Positions 53,010 to 64,000 of a DNA stretch of 64,000 nt are shown here, in pieces. Within the stretch, counting starts at the first letter, position 1. Each line of letters starts with the position of its first letter. Origin of the DNA: Octopus sinensis (Eukaryota); NCBI RefSeq assembly GCF_006345805.1, contig NC_043009.1, forward strand, positions 11,594,001 to 11,658,000, given 5' to 3'. The notes under the pieces are model-generated. The model saw nothing but the letters and a program-made list of their open reading frames with translations. It did not search any database and had not been told where the DNA came from. The position numbers and the translations under genes are program-made.

Positions 53010-53532
53010 CTACTTAAACAGAAGCTCAATTAACTTTCCGAACAATCTGTAATCATGTAGTATCCACACTGATATCCCAGTTTCTCTTGACCGTTTTCTG
53101 TGCTACAAATCCAGCCCTTTTCTAAACATTACCGTCTGTCTTATCTGATTCTTGCCTAATCAAGGTAATGCACAATACATCTTCCTACTAGCACCGGAGA
53201 CTAACCATACCTATAGCAGTAAATACGTTTCCCTATTGACATATCAGATGCAGTTAATCTTTCTCACTTAAAGAACATTGCCAAAACTGCAACACAAAAG
53301 ACTCTTCTCTATAACCTGAAAATAAATTAATTTTGATCAGTCGTTGACCTACTAGAATTTTTACGTCAGAAATGCAATGGAGTATTGGGCAATATCTTTC
53401 ATGTTTCAGGCAAGCGCACCAAATCGAAGCCAAAATTATCATTCACCAGTATGCCTCAGTTACTAACTTACAAACGCTCATTCTTTTCTCCTTTTTCTTC
53501 TACTATTCCAACGGTCTCTGTACCTTTGTGAC

Positions 53533-54120
53533 GGCGGCGAGCTGGCAGAAACATTAGCACGCTGGGCGAAATGCGTAGCCGTATTTCGTCTGCCGTTACG
53601 TTGTGAGTTCAAATTCCGCCGAGGTCGACTTTGCCTGTCATCCTTGCGAGGTCGATAAATTAAGTACCAGTTACGCACTGGGGTCGATGTAATCGACTTA
53701 ATACCTATGTCTGTCTTTGTTTGTCCCCTCTATGTTTAGCCCCTGTTTAGGTCTCTGTACATTTGAACTGCATATATATATGTGTGCGTTTGTGTGTGTG
53801 TGTGTGTGTGTGTGTGGAGGTGCAATGGCCCAGTGGTTAGGGCAGCAGACTCGCGGTCGGGGGATCGCGGTTTCGATACCCAGACCGGGCATTGTGCGTG
53901 TTTATTCAGGGAAAACACCTAAAAAAAGCTCCACGAGGCTTCGGCAGGGGTTGGTGGTGACCCCTGTTGTACTCTTTCGCCCCAACTTTCTCTCACTCTC
54001 TCTTCCTGTTTCTTGAGTAACGCTGCGATGGATTGGCGTCCCGTCCAGCTGGGGGGAACACATACGCCACAGAAACCGGGAAATTGGGCCCATGAGTCTG
54101 TCTAGGCTTGAAAAGGCGAC
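53533..54120 (+). mobile_element. SINE family B copy followed by a family C-related SINE (about 53815-54120)
   Basis: Both tRNA-like heads are present. Confidence 0.75.
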
Positions 54121-54794
54121 GTTTATCGTTATATATATATATATATATATTCTGCCTTAACTCAAGTCTAACCAACACACTCGTTTCTTTTCTTTTTACC
54201 ACGTTTAGTAGTCTTAACCTCAATTGTATCAGGTAAATATTTTCTGCATTCATTCTGCCCTTTCAGAATTGTAACTCTCAGAAATTCTCAGAAATTCCGT
54301 TTCTCGTTCTGAATTTTTTTTTTTCTTTCTTTGGTCTAAGTATTTTCAAACTGAACATCGACAGCATCAACCTCAACAGTCTAAAAAAAAGCTTGCAAAG
54401 TTACGGGTGCTAGCTCACAAGTGAATAATTAAAATATTACATAATCATATATAAAACAATTAGTGGTCTATGGACAAATGAAAGATCCTTCTAAAATTTG
54501 AAACCGAATTGCAGATTCAGTTTGCTGCAATCCTATATCGCTGCTTCTTAACGACACCGTCTATAATAGCAAAACTGATAAGAAAAGGTTGATAAGCTGC
54601 TATTAAATTAGGTCATTTCACATATGCGCCGATTTTCTACACAAAAGCTTATATACGAATGAATTTAACATACCTTATATAATATAAATGCATATATGCG
54701 CATGTGCAAATAATATAAGTACAATACATATATTTGCCTTTCAACCAATAATTAATGCATTTATATACCCGGTAGATATATATTTGTAGCTTCA

Positions 54795-54822
54795 AACCAT
54801 ATATATATACATACAGATATAT

Positions 54823-54860
<38 letters not shown>

Positions 54861-54868
54861 GTTTAAGT

Positions 54869-54949
<81 letters not shown>

Positions 54950-55018
54950 CTATATACATATGTATATATATATGTACACATATAAATACACATATATATA
55001 CACACATATATATATACT

Positions 55019-55071
<53 letters not shown>

Positions 55072-55112
55072 CATGCATGCATACATACATATATACATAT
55101 ATATTATATATA

Positions 55113-55154
<42 letters not shown>

Positions 55155-55160
55155 ACACAC
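54795..55160. repeat. Interrupted (TA)n microsatellite
   Basis: Direct reading. Confidence 0.95.
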
Positions 55161-56135
55161 ATACATAAATGCATGTTCTTCAAATACATTTGCATAGTGA
55201 TATGCTCGCATATATATACGCTGGTGTGCATATAATCGTGACTATAAACAATCAACAATCGACAGCAATAACGGAAAATAAATTTTCTTATCTGCCTAGC
55301 AACGTTAACAAGCTTAAGAAGAAATCAAAACAGATTGATAGAAAACGTTAATCGTAGCATGGTGGTGAGAAACGAGTTGACTGCAATACTATCTTTTGTA
55401 ACGGACAGAAAAGGATTATGAGTCTTTAGATACGGAAACATGTTGGAAAATTCTGAGAAAATTTGAAGGAGTTATGTTTTACCTACGGTGGGTGCAGACA
55501 TATATATATATTTTCCTGGGATTCACTCCGGACGCTTGTTATCCATTTTGGAATATATCTGTCCGAGATATGCGTTTTAGGCGAACAAATAAATAGATTT
55601 TATTTGATCCAGAAGCACTTACGAGAAAACAGTTTTTCGACAATGCAGACTTGACAACGAAAATATGTTAATACCTATGATGTTTAGATATAAATGTTCT
55701 CGTGTTCGTTACATTTTTGTGTGGGTGTAATAGGAGAGACACAGAGACAGAGGTGCAGACAGACATTGGCAGACAGAGAAAGATAGAGGGAGAGAGTGTG
55801 AGCGAAAGAGAGAGATAAAATTAACTGAACGGGTGGAGACTTCGCTGTTCTTCTCATCATGAAAAGCAAAACGCTCGGTCTTAGTGTTTAGTTATTTTGA
55901 ATTTAGTATTGTAAATTATTTCTTTAGAATTGGTTGATATTATTCATTTGTATCTTGTTTGTTGAAACCCTCACACGACACGAAAATAACATTTGCAACA
56001 ATTTTAGAGCATAAGGTTTCAAATCGTGTGACTTCAAATTGTAGGGTTACCGAACCGCAAGGTACGACTCCAATGACCCACTGTTCAGTTCACTGTTTGT
56101 GCAAACCATAAACTGGAACTATATTTCATATTAGG

Positions 56136-56367
56136 AAGGGCGGCGAGCTGGCAGAAACGTTAGCACGCCGGGCGAAATGCTTAGCCGTATTTCGTCTGCC
56201 GTTACGTTCTGAGTTCAAATTCCGCTGAGGTCAACTTTGCCTTTCATCCTTTCGGGGTCGATAAATCAAGTACCAGTTACGAACTGGGGTCGATGTAATC
56301 GACTTAATCCCTTTTTCCTTGTTTGTCCCCTCTGTGTTTGGCCCTTTGTGGGTAGTAAAGAAATATG
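56136..56367 (+). mobile_element. SINE family B monomer with 14-bp TSD
   Basis: tatttcatattagg at 56122-56135 and 56368-56381. Confidence 0.9.
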
Positions 56368-56849
56368 TATTTCATATTAGGTGAGTGCCTGGTTCGGTTT
56401 CATTTCCTGACTGGAGCATTACAATTGACGTTTCACTTTCCGTTTTCTGAACGAAACTGGAATAAACATTGCAAATTTGCATTTCCTATTCTTTAAAAGG
56501 CTCTGAGGTCTAAAATTTGAAGCAATTAATTCTGCCCAAAACTTCATTCTTAGACTAAAGTGTCTGTGTCAGATTACTTTGCTATGTCATATGACAAAAA
56601 GTCAAAAACTTTTCAGAGACACACCAATAATTCAATAGGTTATACTTTGATATATTTGGATGACTTGACCTGACCAGGTCATGTCTAACTTAATAGCCCT
56701 ACTTGGTTTTGTTTAGAAAATTGAATTGTGATATTTTTGACAGATAAAATATTTTATTTCTTCTCTTCTGTTATTCCAGTTCTGACATTTAATAAAATAA
56801 ACATTTCTCTTGAAACTCTTTAGGATAAACAACCTATTTCTACTTCGTC

Positions 56850-57272
56850 CTGTCTTTTATGCTTTTACTTGTTTCAGTCATTTGATTGCGGCCATGCTGG
56901 AGCACCGCCTTGAGTCGAGCAAATCGACCCTCAGGACTTATTCTTTGTAAGCCTGGTACTTATTCTAACGTTTTCTTTTTGCCGAACCGCTAAGTTACGG
57001 GGACGTAAACACCTCAGCAATCGGTTGTCAAGCGATGGGGGGGGGGGGACAAACACAGACACACAAACATATACCCATACATATATATATATATATATAC
57101 ATATGTTCGACGGGTTTCTTTCAGTTTCTGCCTACCAAATCCACTCACAAGGCTTTGGTCGGCCCGAGACTATAGTAGACGACACTTGCCCAAGGTGCCA
57201 TGCAGTGGGAATGAACCCAGAACCATGTGGTTGGTAAGCTAATTACTTATCACACAGCCACTCCTGCGCCTA
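56850..57272 (-). mobile_element. SINE family A
   Basis: Full body and head motifs. Confidence 0.88.
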
Positions 57273-58195
57273 TGTTATTGAACTAATACAATTTTACCTT
57301 CTTCAACACAGCACTAGCGTTTTGGCAACTTTGTTTTACTTTTTGCAGCTAAAAAAAGAAATCGGCTTTCAAGGCATTTTTGACACTCCTTGAAACATGG
57401 CTGTAACCTATCAAATTTATTAGTTGACCTATTAGGCAATATCTCTTGAAAAGTCTCAAGATATATCCCTCTTCACACATAAACTGAATGATTCAGCGAC
57501 TTTTAAATATGCATGATTAGGATATAAATTTTATCTACAAAGAAAATAATAAAACTATTGCTTTAGCTACATATCATCGCCCCAGAAATGAATTTAGTTT
57601 TTAAAATATTTACTTCAGAGAATATGGCCACTGTGGTTTTCTCCAACAAAATTACTTTAAAGTACAGCATTCTATACAAGTAGTATACATTAACTGGGTT
57701 TTTCTCTTTTTCTCTCTTCACTGACCAAATTTCAATTGTCAATTCTCAGAAACTGGAAATTCCTACTACTGCCAGTTTTTTTGTTGTTTTTTTTGAGAGA
57801 GAGAGAGAGAGATTGGCATTACTCTCTATTTTTCATTAAACTTCAAACTTTAAAATGCCCTTTTGTCTGTTAAGCTTCTTAAACAACAACAACAAAATCA
57901 GAATAGCTCATGTTTGATGAGAACAAGCTGAAACTAAATTTATCTACACACGTCCATCGTTTGTAATCTCATGGTTTTGTGTCAAGTAAACAGCATCCGC
58001 ATTGCAGCTGAATAGGTTCCCCGTTAAAGCTGAACAGTTTCCGCATTACAAGAGCAAGATTGTAAAAGTTATAGAACCATTTAGAGAGATTTCGTTCGGA
58101 ACAACCTAATGCAAAATATATTTAACTTTGCTTCGGTGACGTCTTCTTTCGATTTCGGAGCTAACGATATAATTGAATATACGTTAAAGAAGTTA

Positions 58196-58564
58196 TCTCT
58201 ATATATATAAACGGCAAAATATCTGTGTGTGTGTGTGTCCTTTATACAAAGCCACATTTTTTTAGTTAGAGGGCTCGCACTTTCTATGGTCATTCAAAAC
58301 CGTCCAAGGGTAGTCGTGCACATCTTTACATTTCCTCCGGTCACCCCGCAAAGCCATTAAAAAATCAATAGAAGTGACTTTTTTGTGAATTTTCTATACA
58401 AAACCCAATCAAAATGCCCAAAACTTGATACGCCAATTGAATGCCAGCTAACTGTATGTGATTGGTCGTAGATCTGGACAGTACTCGCGTGTATGTGTGC
58501 ACGCACGCAGCTGTATATGCATGCACTAGCACTATGACCCGGTGTTGCCGGGTCATAGTGCTAG
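58196..58564 (+). mobile_element. Non-autonomous Helitron
   Basis: A|TC start, terminal hairpin, CTAG|T end. Confidence 0.8.
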
Positions 58565-58860
58565 TAAAGTATAAAGAGAGAACATGTCAGTTTGACACCT
58601 GAGATGTGGTAGACGTGAGGTATGAAAGTGACCACTGAGAAATTTGAGATGAAGTGATTTGAGCAAGAATGCAACGCCTCATCCGATCCCAGAACTGAAA
58701 CCACGATCTCATGGTCGCGAGGCCATTCGCCCACACACACATACAAACTTAATGAGTGTGTGTGTGTCTGTGTTTGTGTATGTGTGCTTGTGTGTATGTA
58801 TGTGTGTGCGTGCATGCGTGCGCGCGTGTGCGTGTGTGGACATTAATATAAAAGTTTCCA

Positions 58861-58910
58861 AGACATTCACAAGACGTTCACAAGACGTTCACAAGACGTT
58901 CACAAGACGT
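58861..58910. repeat. 11-bp minisatellite (agacgttcaca) x4.5
   Basis: Direct reading. Confidence 0.9.
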
Positions 58911-58977
58911 CTCAGCAACTTCAACCGAGAAAATACACAACACACAGTAGGAATCATTTACAGTAAACAAAACGTAA

Positions 58978-59235
58978 GTGGAGGCGCGTCGCTTAGTGGT
59001 TAGGGTGTCAGCATCATGATCGTTAGATTGTGGTTTCGATTCCTGGACCGGGCGACGCGTTGTGTTCTTGAGCAAAACACTTCCTTTCACGTTGCTCCAG
59101 TCCACTCAGCTGGCAAAAATGAGTAACGCTGCGATAGACCGGCATCCCGTCCAGCTGGGGAACACATACGCCATAGAAACCGGGAAACCGGGCCCATGAG
59201 CCTGGCTTAGGCTTTAAAAGGGCGCATTTATTTAT
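58978..59235 (+). mobile_element. SINE family C
   Basis: tRNA-like head; matches 14750-15000. Confidence 0.88.
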
Positions 59236-59253
59236 TATTAAACTAAACTAAGG

Positions 59254-59487
59254 AAACAATTGCAGTGTGGAAGGTGTTTATAAGCCATTTAAGAAACACA
59301 CAAACCCGTTAGATTCACTTCAACATTTAAATTTAATTTGTCAGCACAGAATTTTGTCAGTGAGCAGGTCGCGGTCTCAAAGCGACGAAAATATTTTGGA
59401 AAATTAAATTTAAATATTGAAGTGAATCTAACGGCTTTTGTGTGTTTCTTACATGGCTTATAAACCCCATCCACGCTGCAATTGTTT
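59254..59487. mobile_element. MITE with TIRs of about 85 bp
   Basis: aaacaattgcagtgtgg...gttagattcacttcaacatttaaatttaattt is mirrored at the right end. Confidence 0.75.
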
Positions 59488-60864
59488 TCGTTCCAGCACA
59501 CGATCTCATATCAGGTTACTTGCTATGTAAGTACATCGTAAAAACTAAGGATTATTTCCCTAAGTAAAAATAAGTATTAATTCAATACCATTCTGAAATT
59601 CAATGCAATTCTAATGTAGCATTTTATTTTTCAAGAGTTCCAAAGGATTATTGATTTCCCAGAATGGGTCACCATGATGGTAAAAACGTGGGAAGTGCTG
59701 TTTCAGCTAAGAGTAATATTTATTTCCAATTTTGGCACAAGGGCAGAAACCTTAGGAGATTACATTCACCCTAGTCCTTCAATTGATACTCATTTCATCA
59801 ATCCAAAGACAATGAAAAGAGATAGAAGACCTCGGCGGAATTTGAACTCAGAACGTAAAGATGGAAAAAATGTTGCTAAGCATTTTCTCCAGTATGCTAA
59901 CGATTCCGCCAGGCTGCTTCTTTACAGTAATTCTTCCAATTGATTGGTGCAATGCCTGAAATTTGGGAGAAGGTAGCTAGTTGATTACATCGACCCTAAT
60001 GCTCAAATTGTTCTTATTTTATAGACCCAGAAAGGATAACAGGCAAAGTCGATCTCGGCGGAATTTGAACTCAGAACATAAAGAGCTAGAAGGAATGCCG
60101 CAAAGCATTTATGTCCGACGTACTAACGATTCGGCCAACTCGCCGCCTTAAATGAATGTAATAATATAAGGAAACCGTAACATCTATACCTTTCCCATTC
60201 CATTGATATGAAGAATACAGACGAAATGAAACTGCTTCAATTAAAAATAGCAACAAGATGCAGTCTGATGACAGATTACTCATAGCAGGGAGGGAAAAAA
60301 ACTATATAATTAATTTCCATGGTGATAATTGTAATTAAAGAAGGCGTTTATATTTGTCCAATTTTGCAACATGAACATAATTAGAGTATTCATAAATACC
60401 GAACAGGTGTTAAATCTTGCTTCTGTAAGACACTATGGTATACTATGGTATATATAATCAGGTGCAAAGACTCCAAGGTGAAACAACCTTAATATAGAAA
60501 TGTCATTAAACACAACAAAAGACGATATAAAGCGAAAAATCAATCGATATAAGAAGTTAACTAATTTTCTTATAGATTAGATTCACCTTCACGCTAGACG
60601 AACGCTTGACCTTTACAGGTCGCATCTTAACTCCTGTTACTGCTTGACCTCAAAGAGCATGTGAATATGTCTCTCACACGCATGCACATACACGCATCTG
60701 TGCGTACACGAACACACAAGCACACACACACATACACACACACAAGCACACACACACATACACACACACAAGCACATATAAACACGCATAAACACACACA
60801 CACATATTCCTCAAAGTACACATGAGCATATGTATGTATGGGTGATATTTATAGGGGTATATGA

Positions 60865-61265
60865 AGGCGGCGAGCTGGTAGAATCGTTAGCACGCCGGGC
60901 GAAATGCGTAGCCGTATTTCGTTTGCCGTTACGTTCTGAGTTCAAATTCCGCCGAAGTCGACTTCGCCTTTCATCCTTTGGGGTCAATATAATCGCACTG
61001 ATGTCAATATAATCGACTTAATACGTTTGTCTGTCCTTGTTTGTCCTCTGTGTTTAGCCCCTTGTGGGTAGTAAAGAAATAGGTATTTCGCCCGTCGCTA
61101 CGTTCTGAGTTCAAATTCTGCCGAGGTCGACTTTGCCTTTCATCCTTTCGGGGTCGATTAAATAAGTACCAGTTACGCACTGGTGTCGATATAATCGACT
61201 TAATCCGTTTGTCTTTCATTATTTGTCCCCTCTATGTTTTGCCCCTTGTGGGTAATAAAGAAACA
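60865..61265 (+). mobile_element. SINE family B, two-unit form
   Basis: Junction aaagaaatag|gtatttcg near 61080. Confidence 0.85.
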
Positions 61266-61439
61266 GATATTTATATGGGTATATAGATACACACACATAG
61301 GTATATATTCAATTCGTCCTTAGTCGAAAGACACATGTTGTTATTTTTATTGTATTCACATTTGTGTAACATTGTCCGTTTTTTACGTCCTTGTTTTTGT
61401 ATACATTCGCTGCTTTCTTTCAAGGAATTTAATGCTCTT

Positions 61440-61643
61440 AGCTTAGTTTTTCCTCGAGGCTGGCTAGACTGGAGCAATCTCAAAACTAATCAGCCGAAAT
61501 TGCTAGGATAATCTGGTGCTTGACTGAAGAAAGAAAACTCCGAATGACTTGTCCTTGTTTTCTTTGTATCGTCTATCTGGATGTTTTGCTGTCCCCTTTT
61601 GTATCACCTAACTGTCTGGATGTTTTGCGTTCTTGTCCCATTT

Positions 61644-61737
<94 letters not shown>

Positions 61738-62140
61738 CGTCTTTTACCTTTTGACTGCGGCTATGCTGGAGCGTTACCTCTAGTCGAACAAATCAACCCC
61801 CAGAACTCATTTAAAAAAAAATCCTAGTACTTATTCTATCAGCCTTTTTCGCCGAAGTGCTAAGTCATGGAGACGTAAACACTTCCGCACCGGTTGTCAT
61901 GCGTTAGTGGGGGGGGACAATCACAGTCACAAATGTACACACAAACACATGTATTTAATATATATATATATAAATGTACGACAGGCTTCTTTCAGTTTCC
62001 GTTTATCAAATACACTCACAAGGCTTTGGTCGGCCGCTTCTGTAATAGAAGATACTTGCCTAAGGTGACATGCGGTGATGGAAATGAACTCAGAACCATG
62101 TGGTTGGTAAGCAAGCTACTTACCACACAACCATGCCTGT
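61440..62140. mobile_element. Penelope-like fragment, (TA)n, then SINE family A
   Basis: 61440-61650 matches 6180-6395 inverted. SINE motifs at 61740-62140. Confidence 0.7.
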
Positions 62141-62141
62141 G

Positions 62142-62144
<3 letters not shown>

Positions 62145-62181
<37 letters not shown>

Positions 62182-62261
62182 TATATACATATACATACAT
62201 ACATACATATTTATATACATACATACATACATACATACACATACATACATGCATGCATACA

Positions 62262-62294
<33 letters not shown>

Positions 62295-62443
62295 GCATGC
62301 ATACATACATACATACGTACATACATACACACACATACTAACACAACACATATATACATACTAACACATACACACACAAATACATACATACATACATACA
62401 TAATATTTATATACATACATACATACATACATACATACATACA

Positions 62444-62474
<31 letters not shown>

Positions 62475-62475
62475 G
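62145..62475. repeat. (TA)n/(CATA)n microsatellite
   Basis: Direct reading. Confidence 0.95.
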
Positions 62476-62899
62476 AGTTTTCTGAGCTTAGAGACTGTCT
62501 CGATTAAATGAGAGTGACGCTCGGGTGCGGTAGTTTACGTGGAAATTTAAGGTATGAGACTTTATCCTTGATAGAAAAAATGAGATTACGCCAGTGATGT
62601 ACCAGAAGAAGAGAGAACTGAACAAAACCGAACCCTACCGTATACCAGAACTGATGATAAGTCAAAGATAGATATCTGAGCACAGGCCGACAGAAAGCTG
62701 TGACAGACTGACACCGTTCCAAGATACGTGACGCAGTGGGAGCCCATAAATGAAAAGTTTTAACAAGAAATGTGCGTGCCAGACACAGTCGAAAGCTTTA
62801 GCGTCATGAGGATTCTAACAGTTTCCATCAAAATTCTCAAGAATGGGAGTCCACGAACACATGATTTACGGGGAGCGGTTTTCTGTACAAATATAGGTT

Positions 62900-63110
62900 T
62901 CAAATTTTGGTACAAGGCCAACAAGCTCAGGGAGGGGGTCTGTGTCGATTACATCGACCCCAGTGCTCAACTGGTACTTATGTTGTTGACGCCGAAAGGA
63001 TGAAAGGCAAAGTCGACCTCGGCGGGATTTGAACTCAGAACATAAAGGCAGACGAAATGCCGCTAAACTTACTGTCCGACGTGTTAACGATTCTGCCAGC
63101 TCGCCACCTT
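62900..63110 (-). mobile_element. SINE family B monomer
   Basis: Core and head motifs. Confidence 0.8.
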
Positions 63111-64000
63111 ACGCTTTACTAATATTGTGTGTGTGTCTACAGATGTGAAATCGTGTCCACGTGCAACCTTCGAGTTTTTCTATCCCAAAAGGGTTTTTTA
63201 GCTCAATATCTCATTTATAGGTTTATGTGCTTCGAGATGCGTTATGCCAAAAATGAATTATTTCCTGTTCTCTCGTTCGTCTTTATAAATTCTAATGACA
63301 TCAGCAACATGTATGTATGTATGTATGTATGTATGTATGCATGCATGCATGCATGTATGTATGTATGTATGTATGTATGTATGTATGTATGTATGTATGT
63401 ATGTATGTATGTATGTATTTATGTATGTATGTATGTATGTATGTACGTATGTATGTATGGTGGTAGGGTGTGTGAGTGCTGGCTTGGCGGAGAAGGAAGT
63501 ATATGCAGACTCGAACCAGGTTAATGAAGTTTTGCTGCCCTTTATGAAAATCATCATCAGCAAAAGCAATGTGAGAATCGAAAATTTGAAATGACCATTT
63601 ATCGCAGTATGCATAAACATCGTCATAGCAGCCATTATATTGAGTCAATAAGGAGACGTAATTATATTTCTGATAAGAATCATTAAAACGTCATTAACAT
63701 ATCAACATATACCATTAGTATATACCATTAATTCCTCATATCTTATAATACACAAGAGTTTTGTTAGTTTTAGTACTCAGTTAAAACACTCCCATAAGTA
63801 ATAGCTTGCTTTAGGACAGTCCCTCGCCAATGACACTAAATATCTTCGTTTGTTTTGTTGGGGTTTTTTTAAGATAAAGAAAGGGGCTACCTATTACGTA
63901 TCGTACTACTATATTCTTCCTCCTTGCACCATCATTTCAAAGAATGATTTTTCAGATTTTCTTGGCAGAATACAAAAGTGGTTTTCTCTTGTCTTTTTAC

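Noticed and set aside
53269-53316. Minus-strand mini-exon candidate of about 48 nt with good splice signals
   Set aside because: No ATG, the peptide is not signal-like, and no family similarity was recognised.
63258-63648. Overlapping open frames, one with a signal-like core (FSILTLLLLMMIFI)
   Set aside because: No phase-1 GT donor (only a poor GC), and the ORF lengths are inflated by the adjacent (TATG)n.

Overview
AT-rich, microsatellite-dense eukaryotic DNA, most likely from an octopus (inferred from the tRNA-derived SINE families and repeat landscape; not database-checked). The six-frame ORF track is mostly microsatellite or SINE noise. One protein-coding gene is well supported: a minus-strand, multi-exon Mesh/SUSD2/MUC4-family membrane or adhesion protein (NIDO, IPT/TIG, AMOP, VWD with a GDPH motif). 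I reconstructed 12 GT-AG exons between 39805 and 4132 (2333 nt, about 778 codons) whose phases join without a stop. The start/signal-peptide exon could not be assigned, and the C-terminal exons appear to lie left of position 1. The introns contain four SINE families, three short Helitrons, several MITEs, and remnants of R4/Dong, RTE, Penelope-like, mariner and pogo elements. No CRISPR array, rRNA or true tRNA gene was seen, and no new biological system is demonstrated. The strongest oddities: (1) an identical 136-bp copy of the AMOP exon 3' end plus its donor, pasted 2.5 kb downstream between fold-back repeats, creating a possible in-frame cassette exon; (2) a second, smaller copy of another exon end; (3) a Merlin/MULE-like MITE carrying telomeric repeats; (4) two R4/Dong fragments with complementary breakpoints; (5) SINEs with a variable-number 184-bp internal unit; (6) many dsRNA-forming inverted structures in the pre-mRNA. 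Exon coordinates were counted to the base; repeat boundaries are approximate.
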